DNA of 64,000 nt from an uncultured delta proteobacterium. GTDB lineage: Bacteria > Desulfobacterota > Binatia > UBA9968. The stretch spans positions 928,001 to 992,000 of the forward strand of contig CAVYTU010000017.1 of the NCBI GenBank assembly GCA_963771465.1, written 5' to 3'. Shown in pieces: positions 38,840-49,198 of this stretch. A model generated the notes under the pieces. That model saw nothing but the letters and a program-made list of their open reading frames with translations, did no database searches and was not told the DNA's origin. Position 1 is the stretch's first letter, and every line of letters begins with the position of its first letter. Made by a program: the position numbers and the translations under genes.

Positions 38840-39061
38840 ATGGCGGCGGATTCCTACAGCCAGTTCAACGCGAGCCTGCTCTACTGTAACAAGTGCGGCC
38901 AGGCCATGCCGGTGCGCCAGCGCTTGCTGCTGGTTCTGCCCGATGGCGACCTGTATGACTACACCTGTGAACGTTGTCATACTTCGGTGGGGTCGAAAAC
39001 CGAGAAGGCCGGTGCGAATCAAAACATCGGTAATCGCAAGCCTGGTTTAGGAGAATTCTAG
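38840..39061 (+). CDS. Small Zn-ribbon protein
   Basis: CNKC...CERC. Confidence 0.7.
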   Translation: MAADSYSQFNASLLYCNKCGQAMPVRQRLLLVLPDGDLYDYTCERCHTSVGSKTEKAGANQNIGNRKPGLGEF

Positions 39062-39062
39062 C

Positions 39063-40091
39063 ATGGCCGTTATCGATTCAGACGCGCATGTCCTCGAGAC
39101 GGAACATACCTGGGACTATATGTTGGAGTCCGAGCGCGCGCTCAAACCGCGCATCGTGCCGACGCCCAACGATCCGACGTCGGGCGGCGAATCGTGGCTG
39201 GTGGATGGGACCTATATCGGCAAAGCGCGCAATGTCGGCGCCGATACCTCGCGCGAGTCGCGCGAGATGGCTGACATCACGGCGCGGCTAAAGCACATGG
39301 ACGATCTCGAGATCGATATTCAGGTGCTTTATCCGACGATTTTCTTGCGGCCGTTCACGCGCCGCGCTGATGTCGAGCTGGGTGTGACGCGAAGCTACAA
39401 TCGTTGGCTGATCGATATTTGGAAAAAGGCGCCGCAGCGGCTGCGCTGGGTGGCGGTGTTGCCGCTGCTGTCGATGGACCAAGCGTTGGCGGAAGCGCGC
39501 CATGCCAAGGAAAACGGGGCTTGCGGGATTTTCATCCGCGGCCTTGAGGGGGAGAAGCGCTTGCACGATGCCTACTTTTATCCCCTCTACGAAGAGGCGG
39601 GCAAACTCGACTTGCCGATTTGCGTTCATTCAGCGACTGGCAGTTTCGCTGTGCACGATTATTTCGCCGATGAGTGCGGCTTTAACCGCTTCAAGCTCGC
39701 CGTGGTCGGCTCGTTTCATTCATTGATCTTCTACAAGATTCCAGAAAAGTTTCCCAAGACCAAGTGGGGCTTCATCGAAGTAAGTTCCCAGTGGGTACCC
39801 TATGCGATCCACGACTACGCGCGCCGCTACGAACGCAACGGCGCCAAGATTGACAAGAGCGAGGTGTTGCGTAAGAACAAAATTTGGGTGGCGTGCCAGA
39901 CCGACGACGACCTACCGTACGTGCTCAAATACTCCGGTGACGATATGCTGGTGATCGGCACGGACTACGGCCACAACGATACTTCTTCGGAAATCTTGGC
40001 GCTGCGCAAATTAAGAGAAGATGGTCTGGTGCCGACGCCAGTCGTCAACAAGATTCTCGATGACAACGCGCGGGCGTTATACGGTATATAG
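39063..40091 (+). CDS. Amidohydrolase_2 family protein
   Basis: IDSDAHV, ICVH, GTDYGHND, DNARALY. Confidence 0.88.
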   Translation: MAVIDSDAHVLETEHTWDYMLESERALKPRIVPTPNDPTSGGESWLVDGTYIGKARNVGADTSRESREMADITARLKHMDDLEIDIQVLYPTIFLRPFTRRADVELGVTRSYNRWLIDIWKKAPQRLRWVAVLPLLSMDQALAEARHAKENGACGIFIRGLEGEKRLHDAYFYPLYEEAGKLDLPICVHSATGSFAVHDYFADECGFNRFKLAVVGSFHSLIFYKIPEKFPKTKWGFIEVSSQWVPYAIHDYARRYERNGAKIDKSEVLRKNKIWVACQTDDDLPYVLKYSGDDMLVIGTDYGHNDTSSEILALRKLREDGLVPTPVVNKILDDNARALYGI

Positions 40092-40121
40092 CCCGTCAGC
40101 CTCAAAAGCCCAGACCCTAAC

Positions 40122-41147
40122 ATGATCATCGATTTTCAAGCCCATGTATTTCCCGAAGTCTATCTCGCTGAGATGAAGCGGCTCGACGGCGCGGTTATTC
40201 TCGAAGCTCCCGATCCGCATAGCGGCATGACGTATTTTTACGACAAGCCGCTCAAATGCCGGATCAACACCTGCACCTTGCAAGGGCAGAATATCGAACG
40301 GCGCTTACAGCATATGGATCAGCACGGTGTTGACATCCACGTGTTGACGATCCCGGCGCCGGGCGCGGACCGCTTCGAAGGGGACGGCGCACTTGGCATC
40401 GCCCGGATTGCAAATGACGCCATCGCGGCGATCGCGCGCAAGCATCCCAAACGCTTTATCGGCTTTTTCACTTTGCCGACTTGCGATATCAAAGCGTCGC
40501 TTGATGAGTTGGAACGTTCGGTTAACGAGCTCGGTCTACGCGGCTTCGGCGGCTTTGCCAATTTGAATAGTAAGGCCTTGGACCGCGAAGAGCTGTTTCC
40601 GATTTACGAACGGCTGGCGACGTACAAGCTTCCGGTTTATGTCCATCCGACCGCGCCGCTGGCGACGGAATCAAGCGGCATCGACATCATGCCCACACTC
40701 ATCTTCGGCTGGGCCTACGATAGCACTGTGGCGATGACGCGCTTGGTTTATGGCCGGGTGTTGGAGCGCTTTCCGGAGATCAACTGGGTGGTCGCCGATG
40801 TCGGCGGCGTGTTGGCGTTTTTCGCTCAGCGAGCGATCAATATTTACACCGGCCGCACCGAGGAGATTCGCCACAAGTACGGTTTGAAAGAAAATCCTCT
40901 TGACTCGTTCCGCCGCTTTTACGTCGACACGGCGGATCATCCGGCGTCGACCTTACGCTGCGTAAAAGATTTTTTCACGCCGGATCGGATGGTGCTGGGA
41001 ACGAATTATCCCTACGGACCGGAAGAAGGCTGTGTGCTGCTTAGGAACAGTCTCAAAGCGATCGATGGTCTCGACTTGAGTTCCACCGATAAGGAAAAAA
41101 TTCTCGGCGGCAATGCCGCGAAGATTTTGGGAATAGGAGGGGCATGA
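40122..41147 (+). CDS. Amidohydrolase_2 family (ACMSD-like decarboxylase)
   Basis: IDFQAH, VYVHPT, GTNYPY, ILGGNA. Confidence 0.88.
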   Translation: MIIDFQAHVFPEVYLAEMKRLDGAVILEAPDPHSGMTYFYDKPLKCRINTCTLQGQNIERRLQHMDQHGVDIHVLTIPAPGADRFEGDGALGIARIANDAIAAIARKHPKRFIGFFTLPTCDIKASLDELERSVNELGLRGFGGFANLNSKALDREELFPIYERLATYKLPVYVHPTAPLATESSGIDIMPTLIFGWAYDSTVAMTRLVYGRVLERFPEINWVVADVGGVLAFFAQRAINIYTGRTEEIRHKYGLKENPLDSFRRFYVDTADHPASTLRCVKDFFTPDRMVLGTNYPYGPEEGCVLLRNSLKAIDGLDLSSTDKEKILGGNAAKILGIGGA

Positions 41148-42745
41148 AATTCACCAAGGCAGCGCGGCCAGCGATCATGGGCCAGAACGGCATGGTTTCG
41201 TCCGGCCATCACTTAGCTTCGCTAACCGGTGTCGAGATTCTCAAGGAAGGCGGCAATGCCGTGGACGCCGCCCTCGCCGCTGCGTTCGTCATGTCGGTGG
41301 TGAAGCCCGAGACCAGTGGTCCGGGCGGCGATCTTTTCGCGCTGATCTACATAAAAAAAACCGGCAAAGTGGAAGCGCTCAACTCCAGCGGGCCGGCGCC
41401 GGCCAAAGCGACCATCGAGCAGTTTCACGACCGTGGCTTGAAAGGCATTCCACAATACGGGCCGCTCAGCATCGCCGTGCCGGGTGCCGTCGACGGCTGG
41501 CTCGAACTGCACAAGAAATATGGCACGAAAGATTTGGCGCGCTTAACCGCCGACGCGGTGCGTATCGCGCGCGAGGGCTTTCCAATCTCTCTGGAGTTCT
41601 CCGAAAGCGTCGCCGAATTCGCGCCGGAATATCCCTGGGTCGATAAATACTATCGCCAACCTTTCGGTACGGCGAAACCTGGAAACATCTTGTCGCAAAA
41701 AGGTCTGGCGGGGGTATTCGAAAGGATTGCACGCCAGGGGCGTGCCGGCTTTTACGCCGGCGAAGTCGCCGAGAAAATTTGTGCGACGATCAAAGCCGAA
41801 GGCGGCATGCTGGCGCCGGAAGACTTGCAGCCGATCGTCTGCCAGTGGCTTGAGCCGTTGGCGGCGACCTATCGCGACACCCTGGTTTACGAGCAACCGC
41901 CGGTATCCCAAGGTTTCATGGTCTTGGAAATGCTCAATATCGCCGAGGCTTGGCCGTTTCATGACGGCAGCATGAGCCAGGCGGAAATGATTCACTGGCA
42001 AATTGCGGCAAAAAAACTCGCCTTTGAGGATCGTATTCGATATCTCGAAGACCCCGCGTTCGGCGATCCGAAGATCGCGTTATTAATTTCCAAGGCGCAC
42101 GCGGCGCAGCGGCGCGAGCTTGCCGAAGAAATTCTGCGTCGGCCGCCAGCTTCAGCCGGCAATCAGAGCAGCGATACGACCTATCTTTGCGCTAGCGATC
42201 GCGACGGCAACGCGATCTCGTTCATTCAAAGCGTCTTTGCGCCCTTCGGCTCGCGCGTGATCGCCGGCGATACCGGCGTGATCATGAACAATCGTTTATG
42301 CAGCTTCGGTCTCGACCCGAGCAAGGCCAACTCGCTCAAGCCGGGCAAGCGACCGGCGCACACGCTCAATACCTATATGGTCTTTCGTGACAATGAGGTC
42401 TTTGCGATCGGCGGCAGTCCCGGCGCCGATGAGCAGCCACAAACTAATTTTCAAATCATCCACGACCTCGTCGATCTCGACATGGACCCGCAGAGCGCCG
42501 TCGAAGCGCCGCGCTGGAGCCACATGCCAGGCACGCCGCCGCGCGATCGATTGCCCGAAGCGCTGCGCATGGAAGCGGGCTACGATCGGACGACGCTCGA
42601 AAACTTGCGGATGAAAGGTCACCAGGTCAACGTCGTCGAGCGCTGGTCTTTCGGTAGCGCCAAAGTCATTGTGCGCGACCGCGCCAACGGCTGCTGGGTC
42701 GGCGGCGCCGACCCGCGGCGCGTCGCCTATGCCATGGGTTGGTAG
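41144..42745 (+). CDS. ggt: Gamma-glutamyltransferase family protein
   Basis: GGNAVDAA, VPGAVDGW, DTTYL, PGKRPAHTL, GGADPRR. Confidence 0.92.
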   Translation: MKFTKAARPAIMGQNGMVSSGHHLASLTGVEILKEGGNAVDAALAAAFVMSVVKPETSGPGGDLFALIYIKKTGKVEALNSSGPAPAKATIEQFHDRGLKGIPQYGPLSIAVPGAVDGWLELHKKYGTKDLARLTADAVRIAREGFPISLEFSESVAEFAPEYPWVDKYYRQPFGTAKPGNILSQKGLAGVFERIARQGRAGFYAGEVAEKICATIKAEGGMLAPEDLQPIVCQWLEPLAATYRDTLVYEQPPVSQGFMVLEMLNIAEAWPFHDGSMSQAEMIHWQIAAKKLAFEDRIRYLEDPAFGDPKIALLISKAHAAQRRELAEEILRRPPASAGNQSSDTTYLCASDRDGNAISFIQSVFAPFGSRVIAGDTGVIMNNRLCSFGLDPSKANSLKPGKRPAHTLNTYMVFRDNEVFAIGGSPGADEQPQTNFQIIHDLVDLDMDPQSAVEAPRWSHMPGTPPRDRLPEALRMEAGYDRTTLENLRMKGHQVNVVERWSFGSAKVIVRDRANGCWVGGADPRRVAYAMGW

Positions 42746-42839
42746 CGGCTCGGCCTGCCGAGATCGATTGGCGCAGCGTCGTCGGTTAGAATCCTAGTCC
42801 AAAGAACAAATTGCCTGGAGTCGGTTTGAGCGGTTGCCA

Positions 42840-43331
42840 ATGTTTTCGGACTGGTCATACTCGCAGACTTTTCGCGCTATCGGTCAATCTTTAGAAGAGA
42901 TTGGCGTGCAGGATTTTTCGCTTTCTTGGCGTGACGACAAATTTGTTGTCCGCGGCACTCGGAGTGTGGCCGCCAGGCGTAGCTGGTTCGCAGCGCTATT
43001 TGAAAAGCGTCCCAAAGATGTCAATAAAAAAATTGAACTTCACTATCTTAAGAAAAGTATTTTGTGGCTCCAAATTCGAGGCGAAGGGATGCGCAAACGG
43101 CCGGATCAGACGCCGGACTACTTTCGTTTATCCCAGACGCTGCGCACGGTCGGAGCTTACGTCGATAATATGACTCTTCGATTTCTCGCATTGACGCGCA
43201 GCGGCGGTAATTTCACGCTCGAGTTTCAGCAGAAGGATGGCCTTAAACGGGTTGAGGAACATGGCGTGGGATCGTTTGAGACTTATTTTTTGCACACCTA
43301 TTTGAGCGGGCGAAAAAAATCGCGGAATTAA
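42840..43331 (+). CDS. Hypothetical protein with internal repeat
   Basis: YSQTFRAIGQSLE and LSQTLRTVGAYVD duplicated helix. Confidence 0.65.
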   Translation: MFSDWSYSQTFRAIGQSLEEIGVQDFSLSWRDDKFVVRGTRSVAARRSWFAALFEKRPKDVNKKIELHYLKKSILWLQIRGEGMRKRPDQTPDYFRLSQTLRTVGAYVDNMTLRFLALTRSGGNFTLEFQQKDGLKRVEEHGVGSFETYFLHTYLSGRKKSRN

Positions 43332-43357
43332 TCTGCTACTGACAACTAGCCAAAGGA

Positions 43358-44209
43358 GTGCGCTTGGAAAAAATTGGCATGATCGGCACCGGCGCCATGG
43401 GTTTGGCGCTGTTGGAACGGCTGAAGGTCGCCGGAGTGACTGATGTGGTTTGCCATGACGCCTACCAGCCGGCTTTGGATTCAGCGACGGCTCTGGGATA
43501 TCGCGCCGCTGCCAGTGCCGCCGACGTGGCTACGCAAGCGACGCTGATCGACATCGTCGTGCGCACCGATCAGGACATGCTCGACTGCGCGCTTGGGCTC
43601 AATGGAGTACTTGAATCGGCACAGCCAGGGACACTGTTGCTGCTCCACAGTTCGGTATTGCCGGACACGATGAAAAAAGTTGCAGCAGCGGCGTGCGCCA
43701 AGGGGATTCACGCGGTGGACGCCTGCATGACCGGCGTACCCGACACCGTGCGCGCCGGCAATCTGAGCTTTGTCGTCGGCGGCGAGGACCAAGACGTCGA
43801 GCGCGCCACGCCGCATCTATTGAAAATGAGCAAAGAAGTCTTTCACATGGGACCGATCGGCACCGGCGCTGTGGGGAAGCTGATCAAGAATATGCTCGGC
43901 GGCGCCGAGACGTTGATCGTGCACGAGGCGATTCAGATCGGCATCGCCGGCGGTATTCCCTATCCCAAGGCGTTGGAGATGATGCGGCGCATCGGTCACG
44001 ACAGCGTGCTCAATCGCTGGCAACGTACTTTCGATCCGTCGGGCAACGATCCGCTGCCGCGGTCGGGTCGCAACGTATTGAATAAAGATATTCCGCTGGT
44101 GGCCGAGCTAGCGTGCCTGTTGAATACGGAAACTCCGATCACCCGGCAGTTGGCGGCGGCTGCCGACCGTGTCGTGGCGGCCAATGAGAAGCGTAATAAG
44201 CGGAACTAA
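43358..44209 (+). CDS. NAD(P)-dependent oxidoreductase, 3-hydroxyisobutyrate dehydrogenase family
   Basis: GMIGTGAMG, GNLSFVVGG, GAVGKLIKN, KD motif. Confidence 0.88.
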   Translation: MRLEKIGMIGTGAMGLALLERLKVAGVTDVVCHDAYQPALDSATALGYRAAASAADVATQATLIDIVVRTDQDMLDCALGLNGVLESAQPGTLLLLHSSVLPDTMKKVAAAACAKGIHAVDACMTGVPDTVRAGNLSFVVGGEDQDVERATPHLLKMSKEVFHMGPIGTGAVGKLIKNMLGGAETLIVHEAIQIGIAGGIPYPKALEMMRRIGHDSVLNRWQRTFDPSGNDPLPRSGRNVLNKDIPLVAELACLLNTETPITRQLAAAADRVVAANEKRNKRN

Positions 44210-44231
44210 GACTCAAAGGATAAAAATTCAA

Positions 44232-45284
44232 TTGAAGTGTAGTCTGTTTACCGAGATTCAGGTCCCTATTGGGGCGTCGCCGGCGGCGCGGCTAGAAGAG
44301 TTCATGGAACAGGCGGAGTTGGCCGATCGTCTGGGCTTCCACACTTATTGGGTAGCCGAGATTCATTGCCAGCCGCAGTTTTCCCTGATGTCGGCGCCGT
44401 ATGTTGCGCTAGGCGCCGTGGCGCAGCGCACCAAGCGGCTCCGTTTGGGCGTCGCCGTGAATACCTTGCCCGTGCATCACCCGGTGCAGCTCGCCGAGCA
44501 GGCGGCGATGTTGGATCTAATCAGTGGCGGGCGCATGGAGTTCGCCTGCGGCGGCGGCCATCCGCATAGCCGGGCGTACGAATGTTTCGGCGCCGACCAC
44601 AAAGCGACACACGATGTGATGGCCGAAGCGATGGCCGTCATTCGCAAGGCTTGGACGGATGACAAATTGACTCACGACGGCAAGTTTTTTCAGATCCCCG
44701 GCGTGATCGTCAATCCCAAGCCGGTGCAAAATCCACTGCCGCCGTTCTGGATGGCGACCAGCTCGATGGACGGCGTCGAAGTCGGCGCGCGCTTGGGTGT
44801 GAATCTTTTTTTGCCGATTCATACGCGTACCCCGGATCAGGTTTTCGAGTTTGCCGATGCCTACTGGGCGGGCTTGAAAGCGCACGGCCATGATGCGGTA
44901 ACCAGGGAGTTGGGCCTGTTGATTCCAATGCATGTCGCGAAAACGACCGCCGAGGCGAAAGCACGCTCACAAGCGGGGATCATGAGCTACTTCAAGACGA
45001 TCCTCGATATGCGCTTGGATTACACCGATTGGCTGACGCGGCGCGGCGCGGAGTTGCCAGCGCGCCTGCGCACGGCGGCTGGCGCGATGGTCGGCTTCGA
45101 AACAATTTGCGAGAAGCATGCGGTGATCGGCGATTCGCAATTCGCGATCGATAAAATCAAGGGGCTGGCGAAGAAAACCGGCGCTTCGCAACTGCTCACC
45201 TGGTTCAACATCGGCACGGTGCCGCACGCTGCGGTGACAGAGTCGATGCAACAGTTCGCGAGTGAAGTGATGCCAAAACTTTGA
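44232..45284 (+). CDS. LLM-class flavin-dependent oxidoreductase
   Basis: ADRLGFHTYWVAEIH, TKRLRLG, PVQLAEQAAMLDLISGGR, PKPVQ. Confidence 0.9.
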   Translation: MKCSLFTEIQVPIGASPAARLEEFMEQAELADRLGFHTYWVAEIHCQPQFSLMSAPYVALGAVAQRTKRLRLGVAVNTLPVHHPVQLAEQAAMLDLISGGRMEFACGGGHPHSRAYECFGADHKATHDVMAEAMAVIRKAWTDDKLTHDGKFFQIPGVIVNPKPVQNPLPPFWMATSSMDGVEVGARLGVNLFLPIHTRTPDQVFEFADAYWAGLKAHGHDAVTRELGLLIPMHVAKTTAEAKARSQAGIMSYFKTILDMRLDYTDWLTRRGAELPARLRTAAGAMVGFETICEKHAVIGDSQFAIDKIKGLAKKTGASQLLTWFNIGTVPHAAVTESMQQFASEVMPKL

Positions 45285-45314
45285 TACGGATTGGAATACT
45301 GGAGGGTAAGCGAA

Positions 45315-45662
45315 ATGGAAGAGTTGACCGAACAGAAATGCGTGGCCTGCCGAGTTGGGGCGCCTTCGGTGACGGCTGAGGAGATCAAAGCGTTTCAGCC
45401 GATTGTGCCGGAGTGGCGGATCGTTACCGAAGATAATATTCCCAAGCTCGACCGGTTGTTTAAGTTCAATGATTTCAAGGACGCCATCGCGTTCACCGAC
45501 GCCGTCGGCGCCGCTGCCGAAGAGGAAGGGCACCATCCGCGTCTGACCACGGAGTGGGGTAAAGTCGCCGTCACTTGGTGGACGCATAAAATCAAAAACC
45601 TGCACAAGAACGACTTCATCATGGCGGCCAAGACCGATGCGATTTATCGAAAGGTAGTGTGA
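45315..45662 (+). CDS. phhB: Pterin-4-alpha-carbinolamine dehydratase
   Basis: AEEEGHHP, WWTHKI, LHKNDFIMAAKTD. Confidence 0.93.
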   Translation: MEELTEQKCVACRVGAPSVTAEEIKAFQPIVPEWRIVTEDNIPKLDRLFKFNDFKDAIAFTDAVGAAAEEEGHHPRLTTEWGKVAVTWWTHKIKNLHKNDFIMAAKTDAIYRKVV

Positions 45663-45719
45663 CGAGGGTTGCCGTTTCGTAGTGACGGTGTGAAGGGATA
45701 ATAGCGATTTCGCTCGCGG

Positions 45720-46799
45720 TCATTTTTTACGCGGGTCGTGTAACTTCTCGTCGGGAGCGTGATACATTCCCGTGCGGATGATTTTCACCATGTTGGCTAG
45801 CGCGAGTGCGGCGTTGCTAACCTCGGCGAACAAGTCTTTATCTTTGTCGAGATCGTCGTGACTCGTGGCGTAGGGTTGGTACCAGCCCACCCAAGTATCG
45901 ATCAACGCCGTCGGGCCCGCTGGAATCATCTCCATGTCAGTGAGCCAATCGGTCAGCATGCGCCGCAGATTCTCCGGCCCGGCGGCGTCGCCGTGCGCGA
46001 TGACCGAGAAGGCGCGTCCGGCGAGATGCTTAGGATAACTCCAGCCTTTGAGCTCAAGCTGTTTGGCCATTAGCGGATTTTTTCCTTTTGTCGTCGTTGG
46101 ATCGGGGTTGCCGCCGTCGGCACATACCAGCCTATCGATCATGAGCTTTAGACTCGCCGGCGCATGATACCAATGCACCGGGCAAACGATCATCACGCCA
46201 TGCGCCGCCACCCAGCGCGGATAAATCTCGTTCATCCAGTCGTTGACCTGACCCATTGCGTGATTGGGATAACAGGAACACGGCCAATGGCACAGCGGTT
46301 GCGCCGTTGAAACGCACGCCTTGCACGGAAATATACTCTTGTACGGCTCGTCAGCGAGCGTCGAGATGTCGAGAAAATCCACTTCAAAGCGGCGCAACGA
46401 TTCGATGGTCTTTTGCGCCTGCTGCGCCAAGCGTCGGGTTTTGGAAATTTCTCCCGGGCAAGTGTGCTCGCTGCGGGTTGATCCGCTGACGATCAATATG
46501 CGTGACAGCGACTGGGGATTTTTCTGGCGTTTCTCGGCTGCTTGAATCTTTGCCCGGGTGTCAAGCCATTCGATCGGCAGGGCGAAGTTTGGATCGGCAA
46601 ATCCTTTACCCGCGGGTTTTTTGCGCGGCGATTTCCGGTAGGCGATGTAGCCGTCCCAAGCTTTTTCGAAAACCCTCTCCAGTTCCGGCTTGACTGCGTC
46701 GAAGGCGGGGTCGTAGAAACGCGCGAAAAAACGCTCGCGAAACTGCTCTTCGGTCAAAGGCACATATTTGGTCTGACGGCGCACAGTTGGTTTAGCCAC
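45720..46799 (-). CDS. Flavodoxin-fold NADPH-dependent FMN reductase / iron-sulfur flavoprotein
   Basis: PCKACVSTAQPLCHWPCSC, PVHWY, LKLMIDRL. Confidence 0.85.
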   Translation of the reverse strand: MAKPTVRRQTKYVPLTEEQFRERFFARFYDPAFDAVKPELERVFEKAWDGYIAYRKSPRKKPAGKGFADPNFALPIEWLDTRAKIQAAEKRQKNPQSLSRILIVSGSTRSEHTCPGEISKTRRLAQQAQKTIESLRRFEVDFLDISTLADEPYKSIFPCKACVSTAQPLCHWPCSCYPNHAMGQVNDWMNEIYPRWVAAHGVMIVCPVHWYHAPASLKLMIDRLVCADGGNPDPTTTKGKNPLMAKQLELKGWSYPKHLAGRAFSVIAHGDAAGPENLRRMLTDWLTDMEMIPAGPTALIDTWVGWYQPYATSHDDLDKDKDLFAEVSNAALALANMVKIIRTGMYHAPDEKLHDPRKK

Positions 46800-46905
46800 G
46801 GATGCCTCCGTTAAAGAATCAGATGCCAGAAGTATTTCGATACTTTCACTGCCGAAAGGGATTATCTCTGAATGAATCTGAACCGGTCGAGACGGCTGGC
46901 ATTAA

Positions 46906-48543
46906 CTACAACAACTGATCGACAATCACGTCCGCATTCTTGGCGCCAACTTCAACGGGATTCTTCTTATACTCGCCAGTCAGGTCGCCGGCGCCGCGCG
47001 TGGTCGGATTGCCGTCTTTATCCAAGCGGACGGTGATGTTGATCTTGCCGGTGAACGGCGTGCCTTGCATCATGACGTTTTCTTGGCTGAGGGAGTAAGT
47101 CAACGGGAACGTCGGTTTGTCGATTTTTTTGACCGCCAGGGGCGGGCCGCCGGTGGCGGCTGCGGGTCGCGCGATGATAAAGAGCGCGGCTTGCGGATCG
47201 ATCTTATCTTTCAACTTTGGATCGATAGTAATTGTGCCGGAGATGTTTTGGCCGGACGGCGTCGCCGCCGGCGCTGCGGTGGAAGTTGATTTGGGCGCGC
47301 CGCCCGTGGCTGGGATTTCGGCCAGCACTTTGGCGACTTCGTTTCTTTCTTCTCCCGGAGGCACGAGATTCAGCAGCCTCTCGAATATCTCGCGCGCGCC
47401 GGCGAAATCTTTCTTGTCTTGATAGAGCACCATGCCTTTGCCCCACAGCGCCATGGGAAAATTGGGTGCGCGCGTGAGCGCCTTTTCAAAGGCCATCAAC
47501 GCGCCGTCGCCATGGCCGGCCTGCATGAGAACAAAGCCCATGTAGCTGTGCGCTTCGGGATGGTTCGGGTCAGCGCTTAAGACTTTTTTGAAGGCCTCGA
47601 TGGCCTTGGGAAACTCCTGACGAGAAAAAGCCTGCTTGCCTTCGGCGAGTGCGGCGGCGGCTTCGCCATTGGCCGGAGTCGTGCCGGTCATGAAGTCGCC
47701 GGTCATGGAATCGTTGGCGCCTTGGCGCGGTCGGATCGATTGGGTGAGCATGACGCCTAAGGCTAAGCCGAAGAGCATAAGGAAAACGCCGCCGCTGATC
47801 AGTTGCCAGCGTTTAAAGCGATTGTGTGAAACGGGATCTTTGGGCGATTTATCTTTTGCCGGCTTGTGCTGAGATTTCCGAGCGGGCTCGGCCGGCAGCG
47901 AGTTGAGTTGCCGCAGCACCGTGCCGCCTTTGCTCTCGATCTCGTGTTTCAGCGCCGCGTAGTCGGTTTCAGAAAGCTTTCCCGACTGAAAGTCGAATTC
48001 CAATTCATTCAACTCGTCTTTCACGCGGCCGCGCTCCCGCAGTAACTGCGCGCGGCTGCTGGTGTCTTCAATATCCGGGAGGGCAAAATCTTGGCGCAAT
48101 AATTCGCCCTGAGCCGGCGCTAAGTCGGAGCTTTCAGCCGGTGGCGTCACCGACTGTCTCTTATTTGTCGACCAGCGCCGCACAAACCACAGCGCGGTGA
48201 TCACGCCGATGACCAAAACAACATAGGGCAAGATCCACAAAAGCGCGCTGAAGCCGGTTGTCTTGGGTTTGAGCAAAACCCATTCGCCGTATTTTGATAC
48301 GAAGAACTCTTTAATCTGCTCATCAGTCTTACCGGCTTGAAGCTGTTCGCGCACGATGGCGCGCATTTGCTGGGCCATCTCGGACGGCGAGTCTGCGACT
48401 GAAAGGTTTTGACAGACGACGCAGCGTAGTTCGGTGGCAATCTCGCGGGTACGGTCTTCGAGGTCGGGCGCTGGCGCGGCGTGGAGCGGCGCGTGGAAAA
48501 GGACCAAAAGGACGTATAGGAGAAATAGTTTAAGAGCAGCCAT
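46906..48543 (-). CDS. ccmH: Cytochrome c biogenesis CcmH fused to CcmI/TPR domains
   Basis: LRCVVCQN, YGEWVLLKP, TPR repeats, C-terminal Ig-like domain with GGPPLAVK. Confidence 0.9.
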   Translation of the reverse strand: MAALKLFLLYVLLVLFHAPLHAAPAPDLEDRTREIATELRCVVCQNLSVADSPSEMAQQMRAIVREQLQAGKTDEQIKEFFVSKYGEWVLLKPKTTGFSALLWILPYVVLVIGVITALWFVRRWSTNKRQSVTPPAESSDLAPAQGELLRQDFALPDIEDTSSRAQLLRERGRVKDELNELEFDFQSGKLSETDYAALKHEIESKGGTVLRQLNSLPAEPARKSQHKPAKDKSPKDPVSHNRFKRWQLISGGVFLMLFGLALGVMLTQSIRPRQGANDSMTGDFMTGTTPANGEAAAALAEGKQAFSRQEFPKAIEAFKKVLSADPNHPEAHSYMGFVLMQAGHGDGALMAFEKALTRAPNFPMALWGKGMVLYQDKKDFAGAREIFERLLNLVPPGEERNEVAKVLAEIPATGGAPKSTSTAAPAATPSGQNISGTITIDPKLKDKIDPQAALFIIARPAAATGGPPLAVKKIDKPTFPLTYSLSQENVMMQGTPFTGKINITVRLDKDGNPTTRGAGDLTGEYKKNPVEVGAKNADVIVDQLL

Positions 48544-48546
48544 GGT

Positions 48547-49113
48547 TCACCGTACGCCTTGGTAGTCTCCTCGTCCTTCCTGCGCGCTGGCAATGCCTTT
48601 GGCGGCTTCTTCAAGTTTGCTCAAAACTAACGCGGCGCGGATGGCGCCGACGTGTTTGTAAGTGATACGACCTTGAGGGTCGATGAAAAAACTTTCCGGA
48701 ATGCCCCAGGTGCCGTAGTCGACGGCGATCTTGCCGGATTCGTCGCGGCCGTTGGGATAGGTGACGTTGAACTCTTTGAGAAATTCTTTCGACGCCTGAT
48801 CGCTGTCCTGCAAGGCGACACCGAGGAAGATCATGTCCTTGTCTTTTACCTTTTGCCAGGCGGCTTCAAGATCATGCGCCTCGGCGCGGCACGGCGTGCA
48901 CCAGGAGGCCCAGAAATTCAGGAACACCGCTTTACCGCGCAAGTCTGCCAAAGCGATTTTCTTGCCGTCATAGAGCGTCACGGTGAACGATGTCGCGGGT
49001 TTGGCGAGCAAGGGCGAAGTAATGTACTTCGCGTCGCGGGTAAATCCGAAGGCGAGCAACGCCAATATCGGCGCGATGATGAGGAGGGTAATAATTAAAC
49101 GGCGCCAGGACAT
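48547..49113 (-). CDS. ccmG: Thiol-disulfide oxidoreductase CcmG/TlpA
   Basis: NFWASWCTPC, YGTWGIPESFFID. Confidence 0.9.
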   Translation of the reverse strand: MSWRRLIITLLIIAPILALLAFGFTRDAKYITSPLLAKPATSFTVTLYDGKKIALADLRGKAVFLNFWASWCTPCRAEAHDLEAAWQKVKDKDMIFLGVALQDSDQASKEFLKEFNVTYPNGRDESGKIAVDYGTWGIPESFFIDPQGRITYKHVGAIRAALVLSKLEEAAKGIASAQEGRGDYQGVR

Positions 49114-49198
49114 GAGTTTGTTTCGTTGCGCTCGAAGGCGTTGATGTTGAATGCCAGATTACAAATTGCAAATTTCAGATGACGGATTAGTAATTTCA

